From Akkermansia sp. (GTDB taxonomy: Bacteria; Verrucomicrobiota; Verrucomicrobiia; Verrucomicrobiales; Akkermansiaceae): a stretch of DNA of 64,000 nucleotides. Below, piece after piece: positions 9,932 through 19,590 of the stretch (the stretch's first letter is position 1; each line of letters opens with the position of its first letter). A program made the position numbers and the translations under genes. The notes beneath the pieces were generated by a model. That model saw only the letters and a list, made by a program, of their open reading frames with translations, searched no databases and was not told where the DNA came from. The stretch lies in the NCBI GenBank assembly GCA_045615585.1, contig JAZLFB010000280.1:6219-70218 (forward strand), in the 5' to 3' direction.

Positions 9932-10084
9932 GGGGGTATGATAACACACACACACCGCAGGCGGCAAGCATAAAGTCGTACATCTAACAAAAATGACTGA
10001 TAGAGGCAGGGCGGTTTTCTTCACTTGCCAAGCGGTGCGTTTCGCTGTACAGTAGGGGCAGTTCATTCAACGGTGCATGACAGC

Positions 10085-11014
10085 ATGAACATCGTACGCA
10101 ACCTTTGTAGCTGCATAGAGCAATCCATGGCATGGCTGATTTTAGGCTTTGCCCTGTCAGCTCTTTGGCAACCCGCCTGCGGGCTGTGGATTGAGACAGC
10201 GTGGATTACACCCTTGCTCATGGCGGTGATGTTCGGCATGGGGCTAACGCTGCGGGCGGCGGATTTCCGCCACATTCTGCTGCACCCGCGCAACGTGCTC
10301 ATCGGCTGCGCCGCGCAATTCACCATCATGCCCCTGACGGCATGGGTGCTGTGCCGTTTCTTCGCTCCCGAACCCGCCATTGCCGCAGGCATTATTCTGG
10401 TGGGCACCTGCCCCGGCGGCACCGCCAGCAATGTCATCACCTTTCTGGCAAAGGGCGATGTGCCCCTCTCTGTCTCCATGACTACGGTCAACACGCTTCT
10501 TGCACCGCTGCTCACGCCGTTCATCACATGGCTGATTCTGCGCACCACGGTCGAGGTCGATGCATGGGGCATGCTCCTTTCCATCCTACAGGTCATCATG
10601 CTGCCGCTGTCAGTCGGCTTTCTGCTGCAACATTTCTGCGGCGGCTTCGTGAAACGGCTGCTGCCTTATCTGCCTGCGTTCTCCATTCTCGCCATCTGCA
10701 CCATCATCGTCTGCGTCATTGCCCACAATGCAGAGGCGATTCGGACGGCAGGTCTCATCATTCTGCTGCCTGTTATCGCACACAATCTGCTGGGCTTTGC
10801 CTGCGGCTACAGCGTGGGTAAGGCACTGCATCTGCCCGCAGCCCAATGCAAAACCATGGCCATCGAAATCGGCATGCAGAACAGCGGGCTGGCCGTGGCA
10901 CTGGCGCACAGCGCATTCCCCGGCATACCTATGGCAGCCGTACCCGGCGCCCTGTTCAGTGTGTGGCATAACATTTCCGGCGGCACACTGGCTGCCCTCT
11001 TCAAGAGAAAATAA
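10085..11014 (+). CDS. Bile acid:sodium symporter (BASS) family transporter
   Basis: VMFGMGLTL, AQFTIMP, CPGGTASNV, IEIGMQNSGLA and FSVWHNISG motifs; multiple TM segments. Confidence 0.93.
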   Translation: MNIVRNLCSCIEQSMAWLILGFALSALWQPACGLWIETAWITPLLMAVMFGMGLTLRAADFRHILLHPRNVLIGCAAQFTIMPLTAWVLCRFFAPEPAIAAGIILVGTCPGGTASNVITFLAKGDVPLSVSMTTVNTLLAPLLTPFITWLILRTTVEVDAWGMLLSILQVIMLPLSVGFLLQHFCGGFVKRLLPYLPAFSILAICTIIVCVIAHNAEAIRTAGLIILLPVIAHNLLGFACGYSVGKALHLPAAQCKTMAIEIGMQNSGLAVALAHSAFPGIPMAAVPGALFSVWHNISGGTLAALFKRK

Positions 11015-11023
11015 GTTCGTTTC

Positions 11024-12046
11024 ATGACAATCCCCCTTTCAGATAATGCTGTCCCCCCTGTCCCCACATGGCAGGAGGCGCTGGTGCAATGGTTTCTGCA
11101 GGAGGGGCGGGATTACCCTTGGCGGCGCACTACCGACCCTTGGGCGATTCTGGTGAGCGAAATCATGCTGCAACAGACCACCATCCCCACCGTGCTGGCG
11201 CGGTATGAGGCGTGGCTGGCGCAGTTCCCCACCCCTGCCGCCCTTGCCGCCGCTACGGAGGAAGCCGCCCTGCGCTCTTGGGAGGGGCTCGGCTACTACC
11301 GCCGCGTGCGCGCCCTACAGGCGGCAGCGCGCGCCGTTGTCGGGCTGCACGGCGGGGTTTTCCCCCGCACGGAAGCCGAGATTCGCGCCCTGCCCGGCAT
11401 CGGCGATTACACGGTGGGCGCGGTGTTGAGCTTTGCCTACAACCACCCCGCCCCGCTGGTGGATGCCAACGTGTCGCGCGTGTTCGCCCGCCTGTTCAAC
11501 GATGCCACCGCCATCGACACCCCCGCAGGGCGCAAGCTTCATTGGGCATGGGCGGCGGAGCATGTCCACAGGGAAAACCCGCGGGCGTACAATTCCGCCC
11601 TCATGGAGCTGGGGCAACGCCTCTGCACCACGGGTACGCCCGACTGTCTGCTGTGTCCGATTCGCCTTTGGTGCCAAGCCAAGGCACCCGAAACGCTGCC
11701 TGTCAAGCTGCCGAAAAAGGAAACGACGGCGTTGGAGCACCACGACATCCTGCTCATCACCGACAAGGGGATTCTGCTGGAAAAACAGGCGGACGGCAAC
11801 CGCCACGCGGGCATGTACCGCCTGCCCCGCCGCTCGGCGGAAGAGGTGGCTGCCATGCCGCACCTCTGCGACCAAAAATACAGCGTGACGCGCTACAAGG
11901 TGACGCGCCACCTGCACCGCGCCCCCGCCGATACCGCCCCCCAAGCGGGTGAAGAGTGGATTCCCCTGAAAAAACTGCCGGCGATGCCGATGGCATCGCC
12001 GGACAGAAAGCTCATGGAGCGCTTCGTAACGGCTGCAAAGCCGTAA
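11024..12046 (+). CDS. mutY: A/G-specific adenine DNA glycosylase
   Basis: ILVSEIMLQQT, WEGLGYYRR, LPGIGDYT (HhH), VDANVSRV, C-X6-C-X2-C-X5-C [4Fe-4S] motif. Confidence 0.95.
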   Translation: MTIPLSDNAVPPVPTWQEALVQWFLQEGRDYPWRRTTDPWAILVSEIMLQQTTIPTVLARYEAWLAQFPTPAALAAATEEAALRSWEGLGYYRRVRALQAAARAVVGLHGGVFPRTEAEIRALPGIGDYTVGAVLSFAYNHPAPLVDANVSRVFARLFNDATAIDTPAGRKLHWAWAAEHVHRENPRAYNSALMELGQRLCTTGTPDCLLCPIRLWCQAKAPETLPVKLPKKETTALEHHDILLITDKGILLEKQADGNRHAGMYRLPRRSAEEVAAMPHLCDQKYSVTRYKVTRHLHRAPADTAPQAGEEWIPLKKLPAMPMASPDRKLMERFVTAAKP

Positions 12047-12052
12047 TCATTA

Positions 12053-12997
12053 TCAGAACACGTAGGTAGCGGTCACGGAACCCACCACGGCAAAGTTGCG
12101 GAAGGGAACCATGGTGCCGTTCTGCGTGTATGTGCGCATTTCGGACTCGGTGTTGGCCTTCATACCGCCCTTACCCAGCCAGTGGAAGCCCACGCCGGGG
12201 GTCAGAATGAAGTGCTCGTTGACGAACCAAGGCGTCTTGAGGCGCAGGAAGAAAGCCTGAGAACCGTTGCTGCAAGCGTTGTAGGCACTGTTGAAGTAAT
12301 CGGCGGTGGCGGTCATACCCAGCTCGGCGGTGGCAGCCAGTTTCACGTTATCGGGGGTACCGATGATGGGAGCCTTGGCGCGGATGTAGGGCTCGAACCA
12401 CCAACCCGTCACACCTTGGAAACTGTAGCTGGTCGTGACACCCATGTCCAGCCACTTGTAGGGGGTGAACTCGGGGTTGATGTACACTTCGTTGATGGTG
12501 GAGGCACCCTGCTTGCGGAAGTGCTTGGCAACGGCACCGAAGGGACCGCCGTGCAGGAAGAAATGACCGAAGCCAACGTTCCACTTATCCTGCTTGTAGC
12601 GGAAACCGTTCTTGATACCCAGCTCGTTTTCCAGATTGGCAACCTTAACGGGGCCCACATAACCCATGGCGCGGAAGGTGGGACCGAACTGGGCGCGGCC
12701 GTACATGTCGTGACCGGAGGAGGGAATCACGTAGGAAACGTGACCTTCAAAGCCCCACTTACCGGGAACACCCATGTCGTAGGCGTACTTGGCAGCGGCA
12801 AACTCCACACTGTCACCCTCGGCAACGGAGTGAGTAGCCACGATACCGCGGCGTTCAATGTTGGTCATGTAGCCCAGCGTAATCGAACCGGAGAAAGGAT
12901 TGGCGGCGGGCGCAGGCTGCGGGGCGGGGGCGGGAGTCTCACCGGCGCTGCAAAGGCCGGCACCCATCAGGAGGAGGGAGAACAGGGTCTTCTTCAT
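12053..12997 (-). CDS. Putative outer-membrane beta-barrel protein
   Basis: Signal peptide, Pro/Ala linker, alternating aromatic/hydrophobic strands, C-terminal ...VTATYVF (BAM-type signal). Confidence 0.7.
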   Translation of the reverse strand: MKKTLFSLLLMGAGLCSAGETPAPAPQPAPAANPFSGSITLGYMTNIERRGIVATHSVAEGDSVEFAAAKYAYDMGVPGKWGFEGHVSYVIPSSGHDMYGRAQFGPTFRAMGYVGPVKVANLENELGIKNGFRYKQDKWNVGFGHFFLHGGPFGAVAKHFRKQGASTINEVYINPEFTPYKWLDMGVTTSYSFQGVTGWWFEPYIRAKAPIIGTPDNVKLAATAELGMTATADYFNSAYNACSNGSQAFFLRLKTPWFVNEHFILTPGVGFHWLGKGGMKANTESEMRTYTQNGTMVPFRNFAVVGSVTATYVF

Positions 12998-13368
12998 TTT
13001 GTTTCTTGTGTTTCGGTTGTGGTTTCCGGCTCTCTCCCCAACTCGGCGCGGGCAGCGGCTACCACTGCCTCCGCAGCGAACTCCTCAATGCGCTTGCCGG
13101 AGCTGATAACGGCGGACAGCACCTCTGCATATTCTGCATCGGTCAGCGGCACGCCGATAGCACGGCCGCGTGAAGCACGCGGAGCATCGGGGGCTTCGGG
13201 GGTGTACGGCTTCAGGTCCTTAATCAGCGCCAACTTTCGGGCGGGGATGGGACGGGTGCCGCAGAGCCAGTTGTTGACTGTGCCCTTGCTGATGGCAAAA
13301 CGATCGGCAATCATCTGCCGGGTAATGCCCGTGGCCTTCAGCCACTCTTTCAGTTCAGAGTAAGTCAT
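12994..13368 (-). CDS. XRE/Cro-type helix-turn-helix protein
   Basis: LKEWLKATGITRQMIADRFAISKGTVNNWLCGTRPIP matches an HTH_3/XRE pattern; 4-bp ATGA overlap with the downstream gene. Confidence 0.8.
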   Translation of the reverse strand: MTYSELKEWLKATGITRQMIADRFAISKGTVNNWLCGTRPIPARKLALIKDLKPYTPEAPDAPRASRGRAIGVPLTDAEYAEVLSAVISSGKRIEEFAAEAVVAAARAELGREPETTTETQETK

Positions 13369-13376
13369 CGTCGGAA

Positions 13377-13405
13377 ACTATAACGAAACACGCCGCGTCG
13401 GACAA
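13377..13405 (-). promoter_or_regulatory. Sigma70-type promoter of the XRE gene with overlapping CGTCGGA direct repeats
   Basis: TTGTCC (13405-13400), 17 bp, TATAGT (13382-13377), 8 nt before the ATG. CGTCGGA occurs at 13369-13375 and 13396-13402. Confidence 0.55.
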
Positions 13406-13630
13406 GCCCGTATGTTGGGTTGTCTCGCAGCAACGACACTGTGAAGAATGAAAAAGCATATCAAAACTTCACGTATGATGAACCCTCTTGACCAAAGTTA
13501 GAGCATACTCTAGCTTTGCCGTACATCATAACGCGGCTATTTTCTAAGAAAAACGCGTTTTCGGCAATACCAAAGCCACTTTCAAGGGCGTGAAGTGGCA
13601 ATTTCCTGTGTCATAATTGAATGTTTCAAT

Positions 13631-14068
13631 TTAATTTTCCGCCACCAATAGGTAAAATTCCTCCGTCCGCGGGTTCACGAAAAGCGTACAGGCGGGGTTG
13701 ACGGCGGCAAAGAGGGGAGCGGCAGATGCCTGCCACCACGGCAGGGCGGACAGCTCGGCGGGCACGGCGGCAAGGGCGGTATGCTCCTGTTCCGAAAGCG
13801 GGTGAAAGGTGTAGCGTTGCAAGAGTGCCGCCGTGTCGCCCACCTCGAAGCGGGTAACGGAGCAGTAGTGACGCCCCTGCATCCGCCATGCGTGGCGAAT
13901 CGCCCCTGCATCATCGGGCAACACGGCACGTTCCGCACGCCCCAAGGAAGAAAACATCACCGCAGCGGGGTGGATGGTGCAGACAGGGCGTTGCCAAACA
14001 GTAGCCACATAGCCCGCCAACGCCACGGCGGCGGCAACACCCAACAGACAAAGGCGGCGCAGCGACAT
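13631..14068 (-). CDS. Hypothetical protein with N-terminal membrane anchor
   Basis: 145-aa ORF directly downstream of the DUF721 gene; hydrophobic N-terminus. Confidence 0.6.
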   Translation of the reverse strand: MSLRRLCLLGVAAAVALAGYVATVWQRPVCTIHPAAVMFSSLGRAERAVLPDDAGAIRHAWRMQGRHYCSVTRFEVGDTAALLQRYTFHPLSEQEHTALAAVPAELSALPWWQASAAPLFAAVNPACTLFVNPRTEEFYLLVAEN

Positions 14069-14069
14069 C

Positions 14070-14561
14070 TTACTGAATCAATTTGACGCGGGTCACGCTG
14101 CCGCTTCCCAGCGTCTCGTTCAATACGCGCACAATCTGGGGTTTCAGGCGGGTCAACTCATAGCGGGCGGCGGCGTGGCTCACGCGAATCACCGCCGTTT
14201 GGCGGGAGAGCGACACCAGCTCGGACATGCCGCTGAGCATATCGCCCACGGCCTTGTGCCATGCCTCCGCCAAGATTTCGGGTCCCAGCGTCTCTTCCTG
14301 TAGGTTCAGCTCCTGCAAGAGTTCGCCCAGCAGCGAATCCATGGTGCGGATATTGGCTTTCACATCCAGCGCGGGGCCGATGCCGAAGAAATCCGCCAGC
14401 GCCTGATCACGCTCGTCCTCCGCGCGGGTGCGGGAGCGTTCCGCGCGCTCGCTGCCATCTGCCCCGCGAATCATGGAGAAACGCGGGCGCGGCTTCTTGC
14501 GCCCCACCGACACGGAGACGGCGGTCACTTCGGGCGTTTTGCTGCGGCGGCGCGGGGGCAT
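14070..14561 (-). CDS. DUF721 / DciA-family protein
   Basis: LAEAWHKAVG...LVSLSRQTAVIRVSHAAARYEL...IVRVLNETLG...VTRVKL fits the DUF721 pattern. Confidence 0.75.
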   Translation of the reverse strand: MPPRRRSKTPEVTAVSVSVGRKKPRPRFSMIRGADGSERAERSRTRAEDERDQALADFFGIGPALDVKANIRTMDSLLGELLQELNLQEETLGPEILAEAWHKAVGDMLSGMSELVSLSRQTAVIRVSHAAARYELTRLKPQIVRVLNETLGSGSVTRVKLIQ

Positions 14562-14564
14562 GAG

Positions 14565-14603
14565 AAAAAAGCAACCCGGCAGCAGAGAGCTGCTACCGGG
14601 TTG
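14565..14603 (-). terminator. Intrinsic terminator after the ferredoxin gene
   Basis: Stem CAACCCGG.AGCAG / CTGCT.CCGGGTTG (14572-14603) with an A6 tract to its left. Confidence 0.7.
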
Positions 14604-14624
14604 AAAGGGGAATGAAACGTGGGT

Positions 14625-14858
14625 TTATTCGCCGTCGTCACCGATAGCCTGAACGGGGCAGCCCTCCATAGCTTCGGTCACCAGAGCGATTTCCTCATCA
14701 GTCTCAGGCTGCTTGACAACGATGGAAAGACCCTCGTCATCGTCGCGACCAAAGAAAGCGGGAGCGGATTCGCGGCAAAGGTCGCAGTCGATGCAGTTGC
14801 TGTCGACATAGAACTTACCGGGAACATTCTTTTCGTTTTTTTCGTCGATATCGGCCAT
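14625..14858 (-). CDS. Ferredoxin (single 3Fe/4Fe-4S cluster type)
   Basis: FYVDSNCIDCDLCRESAP...MEGCPVQAI; start at ATG 14858. Confidence 0.93.
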   Translation of the reverse strand: MADIDEKNEKNVPGKFYVDSNCIDCDLCRESAPAFFGRDDDEGLSIVVKQPETDEEIALVTEAMEGCPVQAIGDDGE

Positions 14859-14962
14859 TTTCGTGTATGGGGTGTTAACGCCCACCGCTATTTTTCACTT
14901 ATTTTTTCCAAAATGCAACCCTTTTTTATTGCAACCCTGCATTTTTCGGGCAAAATAGGGGC

Positions 14963-15556
14963 ATGCAAGAGTCCGAAACCGCCCCCGAAACAGCAACAGC
15001 CGCCGCACCGAGTTGGAAAGACGCCTTCCGCAACAAGGCGACCGCCGTGCTGGTTGCGCTGATTGCCTTCCTTGGCCTTGTTATTGTTTTCCGCAACGCC
15101 ATGCCCGGTGCCGATGGGCGCGATGCCCACACCGCTCTGCCTTGGGCGGGGGAGAACATGAGCCTCACCAAAGCCGCTGCGGTGTGGAAATCCTCCGCAG
15201 GGGATGAGCGCATGGAACTGCGCGTGGCCTACTACCCGCAGGTCACGTTGGAACTGGGCGACTGCAAGGGCGACGGCATGCTGTACCTCAACTTCTTCAG
15301 CGTCACAGGCTCTCAAATCGGTGACACGGTGAGTCTGCGCTACACCGCGCAGGGCTTTGCCCCCGCGAACAATGATTCCGTACAGGCGGGCGGCAAGACC
15401 GCCGTTGCCCGCATGGCCAAGGGTTTTGAGACAGAGGGCGACTACACCCTGCACACCATCAAGCAGGACGAGCAGCTGTGGCGCGTGGTCGTTCGCAGCC
15501 GCGCCGCGGGCGGCGAGATGCGTACGCTCGGCTACATCAGCGTTCTTCCCGAATAA
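14963..15556 (+). CDS. Hypothetical membrane-anchored protein
   Basis: One TM segment near the N-terminus; coding-like composition; directly upstream of lnt. Confidence 0.65.
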   Translation: MQESETAPETATAAAPSWKDAFRNKATAVLVALIAFLGLVIVFRNAMPGADGRDAHTALPWAGENMSLTKAAAVWKSSAGDERMELRVAYYPQVTLELGDCKGDGMLYLNFFSVTGSQIGDTVSLRYTAQGFAPANNDSVQAGGKTAVARMAKGFETEGDYTLHTIKQDEQLWRVVVRSRAAGGEMRTLGYISVLPE

Positions 15557-15574
15557 TTTTTCTGATTCACCGAC

Positions 15575-17458
15575 ATGGATACCGCTGCGCCCCGCGTTCC
15601 GCTGTTACTCCGTTGGTCTTGGCTCACCGCCCTTTTGGGCGGTGTTTTCATGGCCATGGCTTTCCCGCCCTACGACCTCGGCAATCTGGTGTGGCTGGGG
15701 CTGATGCCCCTGCTCTGCGTGCTGTGGTGCGGCAAACGCGGCTGGTGGCACAGCTTCCGCATGGGTTGGCTGTACGGCATGGGCTGGTACTGCGTGAGCT
15801 TTTGGTGGATTCACGAGGTCGGCAACGTCTTTTATATCCCCGGCTGGCTGTTCACAATAGTGGCCTTTCTGCCGCTGATGGCGGTTTACGCCGTCCTGCC
15901 CGCACTGTGGGCGGGCATCATGAACACGCTGCTGCGCCCCTCGTTGCTCCCCCTGCCCGCTGCGGGTGACAAAAAGCCCGCTGCTGCCAAAGAGGCACGC
16001 AAGGCATGGGCCTTTGCCGACATGCGCTCCACCCTGCGCAGCGCCGTGGGCGGCGGTGCCCTGTGGGTGGTGGTGGAATGGTTACGTGCCCACGGCACGC
16101 TGGGTTTCAGCTGGAACAGCATGGGCATGGCCCTATACGACGGTCTTTCCATGGTGCAATGGGCGGAGTTTGTAGGCACCGCCGCGCTCGCGTTCATCCC
16201 TGTGTGTACCTCCGTCATTCTGTGGTGCGCCGTGCGCCGCAGCTGGGTGCAGTTCCGCGCCGTGGGGCACGGCGTCTCGCCGTGGGATTTCTACGGCTGT
16301 GCCATCGTCCTTTTCGGTCTTTTTCTCGGCGGGCTTGCCCTCTCCAAAGCCTACGCCCCCGGTGTCATGATGCGCCGCGACAGCGTGATGCAGCTGCCCG
16401 TGCTGGCCATCCAGCAGAATGAGCCGCAGCAGGAGCGCATGGAGGAAGGACCCTTCCGCCCCCACCAATACGGCGTGTATCTGCGCGCCACATGGGCTGC
16501 TTTTAACGAGATTCAGCAAGACACCGTGCGCCGCGCCATGCAGAACACCGAGGTGGGGCTGACCCAACAGCTGCCCGTGTGGGTCGTGTGGCCGGAGAGT
16601 GCTTTGGGTGCCCCCCTGCACCGCAACACCGCAACGGGCAAACTGCGTGAAGATGATGCCCAAACCACAGAGGTTTTCTTAGGAAACGAAGGTCTTCCCC
16701 TTCTCCGCCAACGTGTACAGGAAATCGGCGGGCAGCCTTTCGTGCTCTTCACGGGTGCCGATGAATGGCTGTGGACACCCGATGCCGCCGCGGAGACAGG
16801 CTACCGCTACGGCGGGCTGTTCAACTCGCTGGCCGTTATTCCCGACGGCTTCGACAGCATCACCACCGTTTCCAAGCAGCACCTCATGCCCTTCGGCGAG
16901 TATGTGCCGCTGGCCAATGATGTGAAAGTGGTGGCCGACATCTACAGCCAAATGACAGGCACGCAGGTGGGCGAGGGCATCCACGCGGGTACAGGCGATG
17001 AGCCGATTGCCGTTCCTGTCCCCGGTACGGATGAAACCGTGGGCGTGATTCCCGCCATCTGCTATGAGGACACCGTGGGCGACCTGCTCACCAAGTTTGT
17101 CCGTAAAGGTCCGCAGGTGATTGTGAACGACACGAACGACGCGTGGTTTTGCGACTCCTGCTGCGGCGAGCAACAAGCCCGCAACGCCGCTTTCCGCTGC
17201 ATCGAGCTGCGCCGCCCGATGATACGCGCCGCCAACAAGGGCGTGACCTGTGCCATTGCGCCCAACGGCGCGTTCATCCACGCCCTCCGCAAAGCGGACG
17301 GCGACCCGCACACGGCAGGCTACAGCTACGCCGTGCTGCCTGTAGACCGCAACGCGGGCTTCACCCTCTACGCCCTCTTCGGCGACTGGGCGGTCATCCT
17401 CTGCGCCCTGCTCGCCGCAGGGCTGAGCATACCCGCCCTGTGCAGGAAAAAGGCTTGA
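15575..17458 (+). CDS. lnt: Apolipoprotein N-acyltransferase
   Basis: N-terminal TM bundle; nitrilase triad VVWPESA (E), KQHLMPFGEYVP (K), ICYED (C); TNDAWF and RAANKGVT. Confidence 0.93.
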   Translation: MDTAAPRVPLLLRWSWLTALLGGVFMAMAFPPYDLGNLVWLGLMPLLCVLWCGKRGWWHSFRMGWLYGMGWYCVSFWWIHEVGNVFYIPGWLFTIVAFLPLMAVYAVLPALWAGIMNTLLRPSLLPLPAAGDKKPAAAKEARKAWAFADMRSTLRSAVGGGALWVVVEWLRAHGTLGFSWNSMGMALYDGLSMVQWAEFVGTAALAFIPVCTSVILWCAVRRSWVQFRAVGHGVSPWDFYGCAIVLFGLFLGGLALSKAYAPGVMMRRDSVMQLPVLAIQQNEPQQERMEEGPFRPHQYGVYLRATWAAFNEIQQDTVRRAMQNTEVGLTQQLPVWVVWPESALGAPLHRNTATGKLREDDAQTTEVFLGNEGLPLLRQRVQEIGGQPFVLFTGADEWLWTPDAAAETGYRYGGLFNSLAVIPDGFDSITTVSKQHLMPFGEYVPLANDVKVVADIYSQMTGTQVGEGIHAGTGDEPIAVPVPGTDETVGVIPAICYEDTVGDLLTKFVRKGPQVIVNDTNDAWFCDSCCGEQQARNAAFRCIELRRPMIRAANKGVTCAIAPNGAFIHALRKADGDPHTAGYSYAVLPVDRNAGFTLYALFGDWAVILCALLAAGLSIPALCRKKA

Positions 17459-17462
17459 AGAG

Positions 17463-17722
17463 AAGTTGAAAGTTGAAGGTTGAAATTGTAGAATTCGCGT
17501 GGCTGTCGCCACGTAGATGATAAAGAAAAGCAAAGCGTTTGCAAAGGCTTTTGTCGAATCCTGAAAACTGCTATTTATATCAGGCTGTCGGGTGCAATAG
17601 CACAAGATTCCTAAACGGCGTGTTGCATTTAGCCTTGCGTTCGATAATTCCGCGCACGCAGTGCGCCTAAATTCTCACTTCCAACTTCCAACTTCCAACT
17701 TCCAACTTCCAACCTCCAACTT
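17463..17722. repeat. Heptamer/hairpin inverted-arm element, copy 3
   Basis: Left: AAGTTGA x2, AGGTTGA, hairpin CGTGGC-TGTC-GCCACG (17498-17513). Right: hairpin GCGCAC-GCA-GTGCGC (17652-17666), then CTTCCAA x5 and CCTCCAA (17678-17719). Confidence 0.88.
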
Positions 17723-17726
17723 CCCC

Positions 17727-17755
17727 TTGCTTCCCCCTCCCTTTTCCGCTATAAT
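17727..17755 (+). promoter_or_regulatory. Sigma70-type promoter of panE (probably leaderless)
   Basis: TTGCTT (17727-17732), 17 bp, TATAAT (17750-17755); the ATG lies 6 nt downstream. Confidence 0.7.
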
Positions 17756-17761
17756 GAGGGC

Positions 17762-18679
17762 ATGAAGATTGCTATTCTGGGTGCAGGGGCTTTGGGCTGT
17801 TACTACGGTGCCAAGCTGGCGGCGGCGGGCAATGATGTTACATTCATCGTCCGTTCGGCGTATGATGCCATCAAAGCCAAAGGCTTACAGGTCAACAGCG
17901 TGTACGGCAACGTGCATCTGCCCGCGCCCTCCGTCTGCCGCACCCCGCAGGAATGCGGTCCTGTCGATTTGGTCATCGTCAGTTGGAAAACCTGTAGCAA
18001 CGAACATTTCTCTACTGCCCTGCCCCCGCTGCTGAAAGAGGGGACGGAGGTTATCACCTTCCAAAACGGCATGGGCAATGCCGAAGAAATCGCCCGCTTT
18101 GTGCCTCAGCAGAACGTCTACATCGGGCTGTGCTTTGTGTGCTGCATGATGGATGAGCCGGGCATCATCACGCATCTGGAGGGCGGCAACATCCAAGTCG
18201 CCCCGCTCAGCGGCACGGAGGAAGGCGAGCAACGCGCCGCCGTCTTTGCCGAGATTCTGGAAAAAGCAGGCATCCCCGCCCGCGCCTTCCGCCATACGGA
18301 GCAGATTCTGTGGACGAAGCTCACGTGGAATATCCCCTTCAACGGTCTGTGCCTTGCTTTGGGCGGCATCAGCGTGAGACAGCTCTTCACCATGCCCGAA
18401 CAGGTAAAACGCAGCCGCGCCATCATGGAGGAAGTCTGCAAAACCGCCGAGCTGCGCGGCTTTCCCCTGCCGATGGACATCGTGGAATGGCAGATGGACC
18501 GCACCTCGAAAATGGGCGATTTCATCCCCAGCAGCGCGGTGGACTACAACCGCCGCCGCCCTGTGGAATACGAAGCCATTTGGGGCGAGCCCCTGCGCCG
18601 CGCCCACGCCGTCAACGCCCCTGTGCCGCATTGGGAGCAACTGGCCGCCGATATCCGCAGCCGCCTGAACATGAACTGA
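17762..18679 (+). CDS. panE: 2-dehydropantoate 2-reductase
   Basis: KIAILGAGALGCYYG, FQNGMG, WTKLTWNIPFNGL and PSS..D...RRPVEYEAI motifs. Confidence 0.92.
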   Translation: MKIAILGAGALGCYYGAKLAAAGNDVTFIVRSAYDAIKAKGLQVNSVYGNVHLPAPSVCRTPQECGPVDLVIVSWKTCSNEHFSTALPPLLKEGTEVITFQNGMGNAEEIARFVPQQNVYIGLCFVCCMMDEPGIITHLEGGNIQVAPLSGTEEGEQRAAVFAEILEKAGIPARAFRHTEQILWTKLTWNIPFNGLCLALGGISVRQLFTMPEQVKRSRAIMEEVCKTAELRGFPLPMDIVEWQMDRTSKMGDFIPSSAVDYNRRRPVEYEAIWGEPLRRAHAVNAPVPHWEQLAADIRSRLNMN

Positions 18680-18682
18680 ACC

Positions 18683-19588
18683 ATGCCCGCCCGCCCCATC
18701 CGCCGCCGTCTGCAACGCGCCCTCACCTGCGTGGGGGCTGCGGCGGTGTTGGCGCTGTTCGGAGCGGCGGTGCAGCCATGGACAACAACCCTGCACCAAC
18801 GCGAGCTGGCGGACGGTTTGAGCTACCCCTCCCCCAAGGTAGACAAAAAAGACGCACTCTCGCAACAGCTCTCCTTCTTCACACTGGGCGGTCTGCGCAC
18901 GCTAGCGGCGGAAGTTCTGGCCATGGATGCCACCGCCGCGTGGCTGGATAACGACTGGCCGCGCGCCCGCAAGCGTTGGGAGAGCATCACCACCCTCTGC
19001 CCGCGCCGTATCAATTATTGGGCGCGCGCCGCCCGCGATATGTCTAAGAATGCGGTGGCAGCCACCAACGCCCGCCGCGATTTGGATGCCCACGAACGCG
19101 CCGTAATGAGCCGCGATTATCTCGACACCGCCGAGAGCTTTCTGCAACGCGGCATTGCCAACAACCCGCAAAGCGCCCTGCTGCGGCTGGAGCTGGCCGC
19201 CTACTACGAGGATTTGGCGCGCCGCCCGCAGTTCGCCAAGGCGGCGGAAGCCTACCGCGATGCCGTGGCACACGGTGCCTCGCCCATGTACCTGCGCTGG
19301 GAGTTCTACAACCTGTGCCGCATCCGAGGGCGCGAGAAAGAGGCATGGGAACTCGGTCGCCGCCTGTTCAACGAGGAACGCCACCGCAGCCCCTCCCTGC
19401 GCTGTCTGCTCTTTGTGTTGCAGGCCTCCCTGCCCGACATTCCCGCCGCCGAGCGTCTGACACCCACGCAGCTGTTCAAGGACGAAGCCTCCGCCCGCCG
19501 ACAATTAAACATGTTCCGCCGCAACGACCTACGATTCCCCACGCGCGGAATCGATGCGTACCTTGCCACACCCCCCGACACCCTGTAA
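18683..19588 (+). CDS. Conserved hypothetical helical-repeat (TPR-like) membrane-anchored protein
   Basis: One TM segment, then helical repeats (AESFLQRGIANNPQSALLRLELA); co-linear with panE and xerC. Confidence 0.7.
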   Translation: MPARPIRRRLQRALTCVGAAAVLALFGAAVQPWTTTLHQRELADGLSYPSPKVDKKDALSQQLSFFTLGGLRTLAAEVLAMDATAAWLDNDWPRARKRWESITTLCPRRINYWARAARDMSKNAVAATNARRDLDAHERAVMSRDYLDTAESFLQRGIANNPQSALLRLELAAYYEDLARRPQFAKAAEAYRDAVAHGASPMYLRWEFYNLCRIRGREKEAWELGRRLFNEERHRSPSLRCLLFVLQASLPDIPAAERLTPTQLFKDEASARRQLNMFRRNDLRFPTRGIDAYLATPPDTL

Positions 19589-19590
19589 CC

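Noticed and set aside
8649-17722. Tandem CTTCCAA arrays as possible CRISPR repeats
   Set aside because: Units are 7 bp and contiguous with no unique spacers, and there are no cas genes. Treated as part of the inverted-arm elements.
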